From IMG/VR virus record IMGVR_UViG_3300037400_001903, positions 1-64,000 of that record: DNA of 64,000 bases; one strand, 5' to 3'. Both the position numbers and the translations under genes were made by a program. The notes under the pieces were generated by a model, which saw only the letters and a list, made by a program, of their open reading frames with translations, was not told the DNA's origin and made no database searches. The DNA comes from a virus. Lineage: Duplodnaviria > Caudoviricetes. Below are positions 21,301 to 27,106 of the stretch, piece by piece (position 1 is the stretch's first letter; every line of letters begins with the position of its first letter).

Positions 21301-23939
21301 TTAGCTCTTTCGTAAGCTTGTCTAATACTAAACTCACCTTTTAATACAGAGATATTAGTATTATAAAGAGTGTTGTACATCTTTTGATACATCATTAAAT
21401 CATAAGAATTTCTTGCTATAATTTTTTCCACAGCTGATTCTTTGATATTAGCTAAAACTATAGCTCTGATACCACCAGCAGATTTTTCGTCTTTAGTTAA
21501 TCTAGATAAAGTTTTTTCATCTATTCCTAATACATCAGTAGAAACATCTGTTGATACTTCACATAGGAATGTTAAAGCTTTTATTGTAGCAGAAATTTCT
21601 GATTCACCTTTATCTCCAACACGAAGAGCCATAGCTGGTTCTATAATATTAGTTAATATTTTTTGAGCAGCTTCTGGATTCTTCTCAACCATAGAAGCAT
21701 AACGCCCTCTTATTGTATTAATAGCTGTATCATAAGTTTTACTTAAGTTATCTACAGATGTAATTGCTGCTCTAATATATTCGTCATCATCTAGGTGAGG
21801 GCCAATTAACTTACCTTCATCAGTTCTTCCGAAGAACTTGAATCCCATATCTTGCTTAGCAATATATAAGTTTGTAAGAATAAATTGTGGGTTTAAAGTT
21901 ATATTCTTCATGTTCTCCCAGAAGTTACCATCTTTACTAGATAATGTAGCAGTAGTAGTTTGAGTTACAATATTTTCTATTATATCTGCAACTGTATCAA
22001 TAGATTTAGTGTAAACTGATTTACCTATACTTCTTAAAGATTCAACACCAATTTGGTTTACAAAATTATTTAAAGTTTCATTAGATACTTTGCTACTTAA
22101 ATCACTAATCTTATCTTGAATAGCTTTTTCATAAGCACCTCTTTGTCTAAAGAAAGATGTAACACCACTATCTCCAACAGCTCTTAGTGCAAATGATGTA
22201 AGAGTATTAATACCTATATTAGCTAAACCTCTACCAATAATCTCGCCTTCTGATAATTTTTCATCCTCACTAAGCATTTGATTTTGTATTGAAAGTTTAG
22301 TCATTGTTGAGACACCATCACGTAATGCAAGTGTAGCAGCTGTTACAAATCTATTAGCCATAGCATGTTCAGCAAGCTTAGGTACAATAGAAGTAACGCT
22401 ACCTCCTCTTAATCCTGAGTAGGTACGAGTAGCAAATGCTGCACCTTTTAATACTGCTGTTCCAGCTTGAGCAAATCCTTTAGAAACACCACTTGCCATA
22501 TTTGCAGTAGCATTTGCAGCTGTTTTAGCTGCATTATTTATAGCTCCAGTTAATCCTGCAGAAGCAATCATACCAACGATTGTACCTGTAGCATTAAGTA
22601 TTCCTCTAGCCCAGTCGTCACCTTCGCCCCATTGGAATCCTTGGAAGTCTTTTGTATTAACACCACCAAAAAGAATGTTGTTATTTTTAAAAGCATTCCA
22701 ATCTAACATTATATCATCATTACCACACCAGTGTCCTACTAATCCTACAACTTGTGCACCGAAATCAAATAGGCTTGTGAATACAGAGAAGAATGAACCA
22801 AGGAAAGAATCAACAGCTTCTTGGAAAGCACCGTTACCTAGCCAACCATGAGTTGTTACTCTATCAACAACTTTGTTTCCATCCTTATCTGTTTCATAAT
22901 AAATCTTACATGTATTGTTACCAGTACCTGATGAACCTTCAGCTGCATAAAGCTTACCATCAGTACTATAGTAATAATCGTAAGTACCATCATTATCTAT
23001 ATCAATGAATGGGTTAAACATATTTATGTCAACGAATCCACCTCTATATAATTTAATAAATTGTTCTTCTGATTCAAAGTAACTTGAGATTGCTGCGAAC
23101 TGGTCAGCAAATAGAGTCTTAATATCTTCAGCAGTTACTTCTCCACCTGAAGCCCATACTACTGCATTCTCTTTTAGTCTATTTAAAGAAGCAGCTTCGT
23201 ACCAAGATTCAGCTTGAAATTTTTCTTCAGCCATAGAAAGAACATCAGACAAGAATGTTGATGAGTTTAAAGGATTTGAATAATCACCTTTCTTAGCTTT
23301 GTTATACCAATATAAAGAAGAATCAAAGTCATAGCCTTGAGCTTTAAGAATATCTTTACCATAAGCTTTGTATAAGAAATCAGCATATCCAATGTTACCT
23401 GCTTTATATTCAGCATGTAACTTTTTTACTTTCTCTTCAGCTAGTAAAAGCTTTGCTGTTGTTTCAAAACCTTTTGGAACGAAACCTGTTTTATTATAGT
23501 ACTCTGTAAAAGATTCTCTATCAGATAAACCACAAGCTCTCTTTAAATCAGTATACTTTGTAGTACCTAATGAGTCCCTATATAAAGCTTCAACTGAATC
23601 ATCCAATGGTTCTCCAGTAGGAACGTAAGATTCTACAGAACCTTCAGGTGCATAGGTTGTACCTTTATCTCCACCTAATATAGTTGAAATATCTGAAGAA
23701 GAATATTCATCTAGGTTAGGTCGTATGACTCCTGTACTTGCATTTAAAAAACCATCTTGCTGTGCCTTTTGCTCGTTGTCATCCAACTTAATGTCGAACT
23801 TATTTGAGCCAGTACTAGGAGATGGCGTTAAAAGAGTATCGTCAATTTCTTTATTAGAACCTGCGATATCGTCATTAACATTTTGAGTTAATTCATTAAA
23901 AATATTATTGTTCTTATAATCTGTGTTTTGTCCTTGCAT
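6327..23939 (-). CDS. Giant (5,870 aa) probable virion protein containing a two-barrel RNA polymerase core and a DEDDh 3'-5' exonuclease
   Basis: beta'-like barrel LKSTDIGITRHRFEQLF...LYRVP...IILAPDIFMAYHSGDFDSDKVML (D3338/3340/3342); beta-like GNK(3849)...GAEK(3859)GTISK; DEDDh FDLE / GHNSRATD / HLAMDDA; hydrophobic N- and C-terminal regions. Placed in the head operon. Confidence 0.8.
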   Translation of the reverse strand: MQGQNTDYKNNNIFNELTQNVNDDIAGSNKEIDDTLLTPSPSTGSNKFDIKLDDNEQKAQQDGFLNASTGVIRPNLDEYSSSDISTILGGDKGTTYAPEGSVESYVPTGEPLDDSVEALYRDSLGTTKYTDLKRACGLSDRESFTEYYNKTGFVPKGFETTAKLLLAEEKVKKLHAEYKAGNIGYADFLYKAYGKDILKAQGYDFDSSLYWYNKAKKGDYSNPLNSSTFLSDVLSMAEEKFQAESWYEAASLNRLKENAVVWASGGEVTAEDIKTLFADQFAAISSYFESEEQFIKLYRGGFVDINMFNPFIDIDNDGTYDYYYSTDGKLYAAEGSSGTGNNTCKIYYETDKDGNKVVDRVTTHGWLGNGAFQEAVDSFLGSFFSVFTSLFDFGAQVVGLVGHWCGNDDIMLDWNAFKNNNILFGGVNTKDFQGFQWGEGDDWARGILNATGTIVGMIASAGLTGAINNAAKTAANATANMASGVSKGFAQAGTAVLKGAAFATRTYSGLRGGSVTSIVPKLAEHAMANRFVTAATLALRDGVSTMTKLSIQNQMLSEDEKLSEGEIIGRGLANIGINTLTSFALRAVGDSGVTSFFRQRGAYEKAIQDKISDLSSKVSNETLNNFVNQIGVESLRSIGKSVYTKSIDTVADIIENIVTQTTTATLSSKDGNFWENMKNITLNPQFILTNLYIAKQDMGFKFFGRTDEGKLIGPHLDDDEYIRAAITSVDNLSKTYDTAINTIRGRYASMVEKNPEAAQKILTNIIEPAMALRVGDKGESEISATIKALTFLCEVSTDVSTDVLGIDEKTLSRLTKDEKSAGGIRAIVLANIKESAVEKIIARNSYDLMMYQKMYNTLYNTNISVLKGEFSIRQAYERAKNEFESNAKEFQGTNTTITTYTIDKDFVMSNERIKSVLSSVGIKLDTPDKVLTLTKEQYDAINNTFKSVGENFDDASYQKHIHIKTVDDKKGGKISLHQQLNDVLSMAGLKASLDESILKEMNFYSEARPDDYNNVNSSEFSDSFDKYVIIDHIANDSNGKLVPEYEDLVINKDFQKVAGEILGIEPNEAAARTLLNDSNVFKMNEAYHNDYLQDMLNPNFDNAMRALAIAGLFNEVQYLDKTGKVQTIYVQVGCFENTIFGQLKQADSIATALRALFCLNMTKEADKIKSGCDLLIDIFVRNNLQICQGKTAKAYLKDFETIKANIENGVAAFNNSENTHFLDSAEYKEGARKLIATYLCTLASSKIDAISRIQLINIFDKLGISYDEIDTTGNDEAVSNTKKYLEYYKTTGEIKELSGKLQAAKKSGDSNDVSSTDLKNLDSAIKKVLEDKEVQQLLIKDKLVGNDFFSGLEGLIAFTEGQLELVKENPLQTSLGQTLRNLDLDDYLTNEKEITDFVDTFLALRSEDIDANLLKDELINSLITYGKLLKDTVRYNKKDLIIVNLSQLETKEFHNLVRELEVESSKEALSVGSKTIIANLEKKLGNARNIDTLRALCRLQTDNETSVLTFDRNNTAELNDFKNMMYSIGYSEVEVNSMLESGRSLDKPGISFTSDSSRGLEFNLTLENYNKLMQLSRIITDDNSLVFLNNKEKLDVKLAVKDRYGVLVSDADIDSLNLDAINKMFSITLTKDAISLDAAKEIITCMLKLGKAASKIDNETSRKYFNSYSYKQLFSDMNDDGAFGNAITLLYLIKAANAYVKTESDTSLYSVTMSDEEYKNFTKKTSSLYEFINEDLPGKMHKVVITNVKADNWTLPYIIKNFSDKNGNINLRSMFVLPNELEIAQLPEQTYNFDTIKVEGLSAGGANFLDFLKGQNFDRFDTIEDFKSFISNTSLNIKGYSSEEDITKNLESIIKSYLKSENQRTIDALASRGFTKEEIDIVFDKDQLNKIAEAVEKNMGEYRNFGIDYDGKAIVDKLDYTKIALDSGYNAETVKKIVGLLKMLTPATYNSRDDIFILQKDNPYADIASMIRYDSSTGKAFISIDDIRVLTREQFDALEKLGMVTPQLKEKLSLIDKYENNSFKDITKENYVVSKDAINAINVSTKGLKEYSYITLDDLKIADKDIVDYCGDSFEHYTGTKLPDKILITPISRPDESLLKLLVSLNNGTATIKTIYVETANSIKIVWDINGKEFSGSLYVMHDKKVMFNPFQMNDLTNIKGSINDLVRDYSAQRVTYSRGTETTQINAAGQAFIKNDAMEEFANEILFRSERLKYKKEQDTFFKKLSAATLNGETSKLLSEMLNIYTTPTVDHPGSVYVANMENKLALGEMLTSIASLAKSIPGTILKDNSLVDIDSKTAMELALKIYFNTTGTDMSSSYNRYTIAYQDENDVWHIDNVGDNIYGRREAISLGRQLFLKGILDEKLNYKKAFLFNASKNVMSLNASSYGENIKIMSLDKKSGNVSYLRNMIYRNCIADYFERNNELDFDVISDSAADIVAKQLGSYMTRSEIRTLYMQNSKTLIMDEVSKTFANMPDATKEAMVESLNYAVDRLLHSTLETVENLHSAADFLSLKDQALSHIDLKKGTLTSKEYDALQKKANKMVADTIDAFTYFINESSVPSSILDFKNSITDVLKESLDNLSDDINVTKAIDNLDSEDGELHALDLKRVVSNISDPEERKQAVANIIQYKILSGNRGKDLQFFLLGNEDYLNKLQENYARTSLQEGMIDLHNDDGSVAKTINVAELIDGKAIVNFDLENYFGKNLEDKIYEISFAVAKGSKDLSVTKDEDILRYRILIKYDDSEIAGYETLASTDKDAASAYRNYEDSLKYNTRTKTKHNNEYIFSINSSDANTEVLKAIDEAISHALSQLGLKEFVLLGHNSRATDIKKIEKQFGSIGKLADAVEHIDTQEDIAKVITPNADINKASVSLANLRRQLGDESTSHLAMDDAIFSYKYFLYEMNNLVDVEKIKASLYKDIDSLLKSLDANDIDKTELFKLLTSIKQEDGSLKSFDDIWKLDALDKDAKDYRELYSKYGTSMTDKLLNELVTQRNAVINSDEIQYLYKKDYNLEHELIFEYQSDFLNWLLHVNDDGSSNLNAVRDKVLLFINNDGTELTEDKFKTGVELMNDMINSIRKEKQQLKENDNFTQEDFLKMPINEIEYLLNTKYKDRKPVNTYDETSFINFIDDSVSKESFESEKRRLEKDYQSFVVSKVYDKIFKAAELKNIDDDTKNLLFDLMTGLKTGDFENAYKPGTNEFVIEYKGPRILKNFYFDALDDAMSTFSESVDIPTNWVMASGIIPGRNITLEDGTQYQLKSTDIGITRHRFEQLFGGASIESYKESLGLGPTDYVYISLYRVPGVGQNIVHTYRVRIVDNTYNDIILAPDIFMAYHSGDFDSDKVMLIKPDASLQKYGNSLMKSTDKTWDAADDLINMLYDSTYDPVNEFNVIKEIENSTGVTIAKLLEKLRNGDSLNDNELKAKALYMNDAKLDDKTSYIKVIKKEDASKYPTLKASDFKDGDLYYSEYAIGERQSDEIIRRLALDTKFLIDEILSYKDSATGFASKKFKDLLDGRYVETKDATELFTYNQFNLSKDTRARLKTALGVAKDAVIAKTISSIQKSFGDEIASSIKEFLGIAFQSVQDTDEGVRVIIDAYRGAELLYRGSEEFKKFFNENLIPNILDDVDKSGEAKKLKQLAEYARYNNPTLNIDKKLDDLSNIDNMSLKEILDYKYKLATDLDETLSSRRFTATSGNTALSRKMITKLRAQLSEATDVSKIKYIDGHDSKNYFDAEILIAGGLVQNLASDTFEQVSNRHVACSSRSSSCEFKNLSKEDLTNLQTAIRSPYHDKLKIGDFEIGRGVQIIGVFTKQGNAINNIFDTDGNLLVNPEDIKSLHLMETHSLLGNKIGIVDSGAEKGTISKNITRDFHNNYDLIDIIKKLDELYKQYDPEIQAIINSKDVLKSLSKEQLQQLKEWNTKRHEARVKQAEATAEYAKRRKKFDAEQIAMNKPTWDELAIEFDYADDRRKNEIRNLHRPLANEFQPKINDAIDEALNAEKEIALILGGSLYASKSAKRFFEERKALLEQLKSSREKLLQDFATLHKDKDFAERYMLLEKMQLLGVDTSLYNDNLTKEQVKKMSQFFNSIDFLSASNIFDLKKLSAGAGDTYEIIYYDEDFNEIKDPTQAKFTKLKCRAYCPEANSFYKQDTKSKPMDVISFVNDRTNPDTLIKLHGKWYSKVKQADGSYKFYYDSKNENEISRLLDKANTPWASSTNGVRVYRTLLAKLLYEHCAKIKEELPNVNDLVKNMLDGTLTSGNTGSNILYYIFDKMSDDEVKQLYTSKDPYVRYMIDKLPDMSPALKPTDAEELDGTKKLESKTKAKEIHKNNTLLYYYTRPESFLLGDQNILSGGKKVDGYNYTDASEAYYPLEKFVAELAETLGVDKKYLYQFKNNINDYTLNGVLNLMNGKSGNQSNSFNTQSYVDCVPYMKKTARIAGIADPKVGDVAATQDRITPEQRLINQYPNLTRDLQYMFTENAGNDLYNDSSKQEFIHGDSTGKYFSTRYNDPQKVGTGTAYWADKLNTNLKAYLSTAKNRLERVRRLTTNRDQIISDIAPRYFGLDDDKGLVFTANPKPFIGTYGEYADVSKSGLYGYKRHEMFEPVIDQLRKSISDSDTLREFYNQGTDTEAQDNLANENIDKLNNLVKSINKPEAEDISTLVNMDDLNYLLGNVVDETRGASSTFDKTRFDLEIERLKASKDIAEFHTDILSSSKIKEADTDRTVVAYRANVKSYRNQLLGSEFLTVAGKINANTELKESYNRYIKLKNLMSSLAFCNNKLETKLKEKTAAYYQKVKDNILKELNVTSKGDLSTISNHIESYRKIFAPIDEQLNIVCNRIYSAMQAYCNATGQTCPNRARFFLPTKATGSSKEDRVKNSSLIFAGTAKYTNNPFSIKGATSGLDPEGCYTEFDALTNIVSAASQVGNFHALLNYREEMKSNGAMSNTLAFDETCSAISSKISVEELNKYGSDDAESLENAGLNNFIVQVKDTLNMSNIKLDPEALTSCAKYASLYNEIYKRYLEPLKESYGDITFHNLLSQSMANPQDTTLDNAVKAYTVMMDIVGKITTIQIERGEKTTLTDGIYESITKYAEEHGLVITDQFGREYNKDLSQFKALSPYATDDYIFRLTHGEGGLEGTYEQNVALDALRGDLYFMDATVAKHTQKLFYTREPSLLKKITSTIGNLVIKLVMANPVKFPTRMLNFSMFDLSSSIASGNFETVKYLPQVTKEIGAYLQSNGKYCAESLREFMDITGVDPLSNKVSLGERYTQSKNPYLNFIGKQFTAQHLANRYAMYLSLKQTLDDNGGKIESIYSRLGNSYYLKDKLQKIADNMKNDISGTNAGTKASSRIAAMIVSNTYGTYGDMPGVAGDLSAHGFIFTTFPLALVRFARNEIRSGAFAAKEIFTGTADSSTLKWLGRQVGSIGTLVIAQVLLQMLPVWLMDDDEEDKKEMIDSILSDDASIELFSSILLDDTVMNTSTVWNPYYGVKNLVANPLINAIKNHKDDDSSSKAMDIFGEALGNYFNQNVWNKLNPAFTMIPDALIPKNNFTNPYGNQGENFFDNLSRKALGYSMGSKGANAFMNTMNTYEYNDDNFMETLGHGFENAFREELGNSKSFKSDWKNYNTALNIVYEYKSLNNKDTYNTNLNSEFNKDYYDGLKSKLRNAMHIKASPTTIYNIIREAVNNHVSLKEIKSAIAAVSLRTQIQKLTNQTDFYNSLSQKEYNSIKSALVYEDRIFPNLDELYYDVVNQQAEAKPIEGSFKNNNVNSLYKYQRNYPTLYSSSSYKPTYRNHYYNNVNNWNTNTYSKNRRYYNSSSTPSDIYSNMRNAVDYGTSKDIWGTETQHYKDGTSYVKRDRGFNPFSQGGNK

Positions 23940-23991
23940 TTTTGTAGACCCCTCTCTATTTTATATTCTGGATAAAACATTATCTATGATA

Positions 23992-24020
23992 ATTATATCA
24001 TAGAGAAAAAAAGATGACAA
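23992..24020 (-). promoter_or_regulatory. sigmaA-type promoter of the giant gene/terL operon
   Basis: TTGTCA-17 nt-TATAAT with TGn extended -10. Confidence 0.8.
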
Positions 24021-24043
24021 CCATATAGCTGCCATTCTTTTTT
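24006..24043 (-). terminator. Intrinsic terminator after the tRNA, overlapping the -35 of the next promoter
   Basis: AAAAAAGAATGGCAGC-TATAT-GGTTGTCATCTTTTTTT hairpin plus U tract on the - strand. Confidence 0.7.
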
Positions 24044-24071
24044 GTAATATCATAACAAGAGGTAAAATATT

Positions 24072-24146
24072 TGGTTGGAGAGGATGGATTTGAACCATCG
24101 ACCTCCTGGGTATGAGCCAAGCGAGCTACCACTGCTCTACTCTCCA
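24072..24146 (-). tRNA. tRNA-Met (CAT), initiator-like, CCA encoded
   Basis: 75 nt cloverleaf: TGGAGAG/CTCTCCA acceptor, GAGC/GCTC D stem, CTTGG-CTCATAC-CCAGG anticodon arm, GATGG-TTCAAAT-CCATC T arm, ACCA end. Confidence 0.93.
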
Positions 24147-24151
24147 ACTAT

Positions 24152-24179
24152 ATTATACATTACTCTCTGGCTTTTTCAA
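24152..24179 (-). promoter_or_regulatory. Putative promoter directly ahead of the tRNA
   Basis: TTGAAA-16 nt-TATAAT ending 5 nt before tRNA position 1. Confidence 0.5.
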
Positions 24180-24503
24180 TAGCTTACTTATGCTTTCTGC
24201 TTCTTCAGGTGAGCAATCATATAGCAAGTAACTAATAATTTTAACATATACACTGAATGTTAAAAGATGGAAAATAAATTCAGGTGATTTACCTTCAAGC
24301 TTCTCTTTAGTAAAAGGAGTCTTAGTTTCTGGTTTATCGAACTCTTCCTCAAAACCTTTAACTGCTTCAGTTACTAAAGCTGCAACCTTAGCGTAGCTAA
24401 CTGATTTATCTTTTTGAGCTAATAAAAACTCTAGCATCCTAATTGACATGTCTTTAGGATTCTTAATAATATCCTCAGTTGTTTCTTTCATCTCTTTACT
24501 CAT
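24153..24503 (-). CDS. Hypothetical protein, 116 aa
   Basis: SD GAGGT, tightly packed with neighbours. Confidence 0.7.
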   Translation of the reverse strand: MSKEMKETTEDIIKNPKDMSIRMLEFLLAQKDKSVSYAKVAALVTEAVKGFEEEFDKPETKTPFTKEKLEGKSPEFIFHLLTFSVYVKIISYLLYDCSPEEAESISKLLKKPESNV

Positions 24504-24504
24504 A

Positions 24505-24777
24505 CTAATTTACCTCTACCCAGTCTTCAGCTAAGCAATCATTGATTGAAGGAACCCACATACTATGAGAACCATTTACCATTTTGATTTGTAAATAGGG
24601 TTCGCATCTAAACAAGTCCCCTTCTTTCAAGCCCCATGCTTCAGCAGATTGTTTATTACAAGGTATTCCATTAGGATAGCCTTTTTGATAAACAACAAAC
24701 ATGCCTTTGCCATTCCAACCTACCCTAGCAACTCTCTTGCCTTTCTTTAATAATTCTAGTGCTTCCCCAAAATTCAT
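24505..24777 (-). CDS. tad2: DUF2829 / Tad2-like anti-Thoeris sponge protein
   Basis: MNFGEALELLKKGKRVARVGWNGKGMF...PYLQIK...WVPSINDCLAEDW matches the DUF2829 pattern as recalled. Confidence 0.8.
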   Translation of the reverse strand: MNFGEALELLKKGKRVARVGWNGKGMFVVYQKGYPNGIPCNKQSAEAWGLKEGDLFRCEPYLQIKMVNGSHSMWVPSINDCLAEDWVEVN

Positions 24778-25073
24778 ACTAATTTACCTATTTCCTTTCC
24801 TATTTTTTCGTATATGTCTATCATGACTCTTAGTATTACACCATGAGAAGGGTGTGTGTATAAAACTATAGAATCAGTTAAACCTTTATTGAATCTTCTT
24901 ACACCAAGATTAAATTTCTTAATTAAAGTTTTAACATCCTCAGTTTCTGTAATTTCATTTTCTAAAATCTCAATAAGAGTTTCATCGAGTTCTAGCTTAT
25001 CATCAATCTCGATTGTCTCTTCAGATTTTATAATTGGGTTTAATAATATTTTTGTTATTTTAATTTGTAGCAT
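24774..25073 (-). CDS. Hypothetical protein, 99 aa
   Basis: Overlapping start/stop with both neighbours. Confidence 0.65.
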   Translation of the reverse strand: MLQIKITKILLNPIIKSEETIEIDDKLELDETLIEILENEITETEDVKTLIKKFNLGVRRFNKGLTDSIVLYTHPSHGVILRVMIDIYEKIGKEIGKLV

Positions 25074-25596
25074 TTTTAATATAATCCTCTGGCTTTCCTT
25101 CTAAATGTATAATGTACACTGCTTGTGTATCTTTCTTTCTAACTTCAAAATAATCTATCCAACCCTTAGCTAACCACTTATCTCTTGTAGAATATAAATG
25201 GTCTAAGCCTATACCGAACTCATAAGTTTTATGACCAGCTTTATCCATCCACTTATCATAGTAGCTATAATCATATAAAGATAAGTTGAATGCCTCAGCA
25301 TCTGTAAGGTCGTTCTTACCTGTAGCACTTACAGTAGTTAACTTCATATAGTCTACATATAATGGGTCAGGTTCTGTATGTATACAGACAGCCATTACCC
25401 AAGGTAAATTAATTTTATCTTTGATAATAGTTTCTGCTAGATACTGCTTATACTCTTCAAGCTTATCGTTCAGATTCTTCTTGATAAATTTAAGCTCATA
25501 GGAATTCTCATCAATCTCTACCCTTTCATTGTCATAACCTACAAGATTTAATTTTTTGAAGTCTTGTTCTGAAATCTCTGTAATATAATTTCTCAT
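25060..25596 (-). CDS. Hypothetical protein, 178 aa
   Basis: SD AGGAG, operon-like packing. Confidence 0.7.
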   Translation of the reverse strand: MRNYITEISEQDFKKLNLVGYDNERVEIDENSYELKFIKKNLNDKLEEYKQYLAETIIKDKINLPWVMAVCIHTEPDPLYVDYMKLTTVSATGKNDLTDAEAFNLSLYDYSYYDKWMDKAGHKTYEFGIGLDHLYSTRDKWLAKGWIDYFEVRKKDTQAVYIIHLEGKPEDYIKNATN

Positions 25597-25844
25597 TATC
25601 TCTCATCTCCTATACTCTTTTTGATTTCATCTAACTCTTCTTGTGTTAGTAATTTATACTCAATCATGAGTCGCATAACGTACTCATAACCTTGAGACTT
25701 ACCTTTTAGCTCAGCTACTTTATCTGATAATGAGGATACTTGTTTATAGCCCTCAATATTTTCAGCTAAGCTTGCATACTTATTTTTACAATAGGCCCAA
25801 CTAGTAACAAGTGATTTGGCAAACTCTTTTATATTATAATCCAT
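25596..25844 (-). CDS. Hypothetical protein (~82 aa; start re-assigned to ATG 25844)
   Basis: Operon packing; SD-like AAGGGG upstream of ATG 25844. Confidence 0.6.
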   Translation of the reverse strand: MDYNIKEFAKSLVTSWAYCKNKYASLAENIEGYKQVSSLSDKVAELKGKSQGYEYVMRLMIEYKLLTQEELDEIKKSIGDER

Positions 25845-26358
25845 TTCTACCAAACCCCTTATTATTCTCAAAAGCATCTAAGTTACCCTTGTCATATTTC
25901 TTATAGAATCTTAGAATAAATTTTTCTCCAAATGCATTACCGTTCTTACATGTAACTGGAGTATTGTTCTGCCAGTAGTCAACTATTAACTCTGTAGGAT
26001 TATCCTTATATACAGGGAAAGCCTCGGCCCATCTTCTATATATAGTGTTCTTACCTACACCAAATTGTTGAACAATCTTTGTAACACTCTTGAATTTAAT
26101 AGGTGAGAACATATCAGTTAAAACTGGGTAAGCAATTATCAAAGGCTCATGTATGTCTGGAACACATGTTACCTTATAGGCATTGCCTTTTGTTGTAGTT
26201 ATGTACCAGTTCTTATTCTCCTCACCATCAGCTATCATGTGAAGCTTATACATTGTGATACCTGTAGCTTGATTACATTCACGCATACCTTTATATATCT
26301 TTGTCTCAAGTGTTGATATATCAACTACTTCAAAATATCTATTAGTTAATCTATACAA
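25834..26358 (-). CDS. Protein with two NUMOD1-like DNA-binding repeats, no visible nuclease domain
   Basis: FEVVDISTLETKIYKGMRECNQATGI and IIAYPVLT..IKFKSVTKIVQQFGV resemble NUMOD1 modules; TTG start with SD GGAGG. Confidence 0.45.
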   Translation of the reverse strand: MYRLTNRYFEVVDISTLETKIYKGMRECNQATGITMYKLHMIADGEENKNWYITTTKGNAYKVTCVPDIHEPLIIAYPVLTDMFSPIKFKSVTKIVQQFGVGKNTIYRRWAEAFPVYKDNPTELIVDYWQNNTPVTCKNGNAFGEKFILRFYKKYDKGNLDAFENNKGFGRNGL

Positions 26359-26436
26359 TATTATTACCTCCCTCTAAATATAATCTCTATAATAGAGACT
26401 ACAGCTATACTAACTATTAATATTATTGCAACTACA

Positions 26437-26637
26437 TCAGTCATTATTATCACTATCCTTTAACTTAATTAGCTTATCTCTTAAATTTTCGTACCATTCA
26501 AGATTTTCGTAAACCCCTAATAGCTTACAGTTTTCTTCTGATACACTATAAGTCATTTCTTCACAATCTCCAATATGGTCATTACAGTAATCAATTAAGA
26601 AATCTAACTCTTCATCTGTAAAATAATCATTCACCAT
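26437..26637 (-). CDS. Hypothetical acidic protein, 66 aa
   Basis: SD GAGGAGG, overlaps upstream gene. Confidence 0.65.
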   Translation of the reverse strand: MVNDYFTDEELDFLIDYCNDHIGDCEEMTYSVSEENCKLLGVYENLEWYENLRDKLIKLKDSDNND

Positions 26638-27106
26638 TGATTACCTCCTCTACTGGAAACCATTCATCAGTGTTTAAATCACAGATGCACCATTCACCAT
26701 CTACAAATGCTAGATAAGTTTCTTTATGGAATACTCCGTCCCTATCTTTAAAGCCATTCATTAGTATTTCTTTTAACCTAGCATTTTCCTTTTCCTGTTC
26801 TTGTGCTTTGATTAATGCTTGTTCGATTATTTCAATTTCTTTTTCACGACTTTCATAATGGTCTATATATTGTAATTCGCTTACTCTTTCCAAGCACTCC
26901 ATTGCTTTACTAGGCTCTACTTGTTCACTATTTTTAAAAGTCATATAGTTATCAATAATATCAGTATTTTTGCCTTTTTCTATTTGTTCTAACTTTATTA
27001 ATGCTTGCTTTAATAAGTTGTAATCGTGTAGTTGATAACCTAATGCGTAGTCATCATCATTACATCTATATAATCTATCTAATGCTTCTAAATATTCTTT
27101 ACTCAT
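26627..27106 (-). CDS. Hypothetical protein, 159 aa (paralog-like of 55875..56306)
   Basis: Shares EY.EA..R, P..A.E.L and I....L.KAQE.EK patterns with 55875..56306. Confidence 0.65.
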   Translation of the reverse strand: MSKEYLEALDRLYRCNDDDYALGYQLHDYNLLKQALIKLEQIEKGKNTDIIDNYMTFKNSEQVEPSKAMECLERVSELQYIDHYESREKEIEIIEQALIKAQEQEKENARLKEILMNGFKDRDGVFHKETYLAFVDGEWCICDLNTDEWFPVEEVINGE

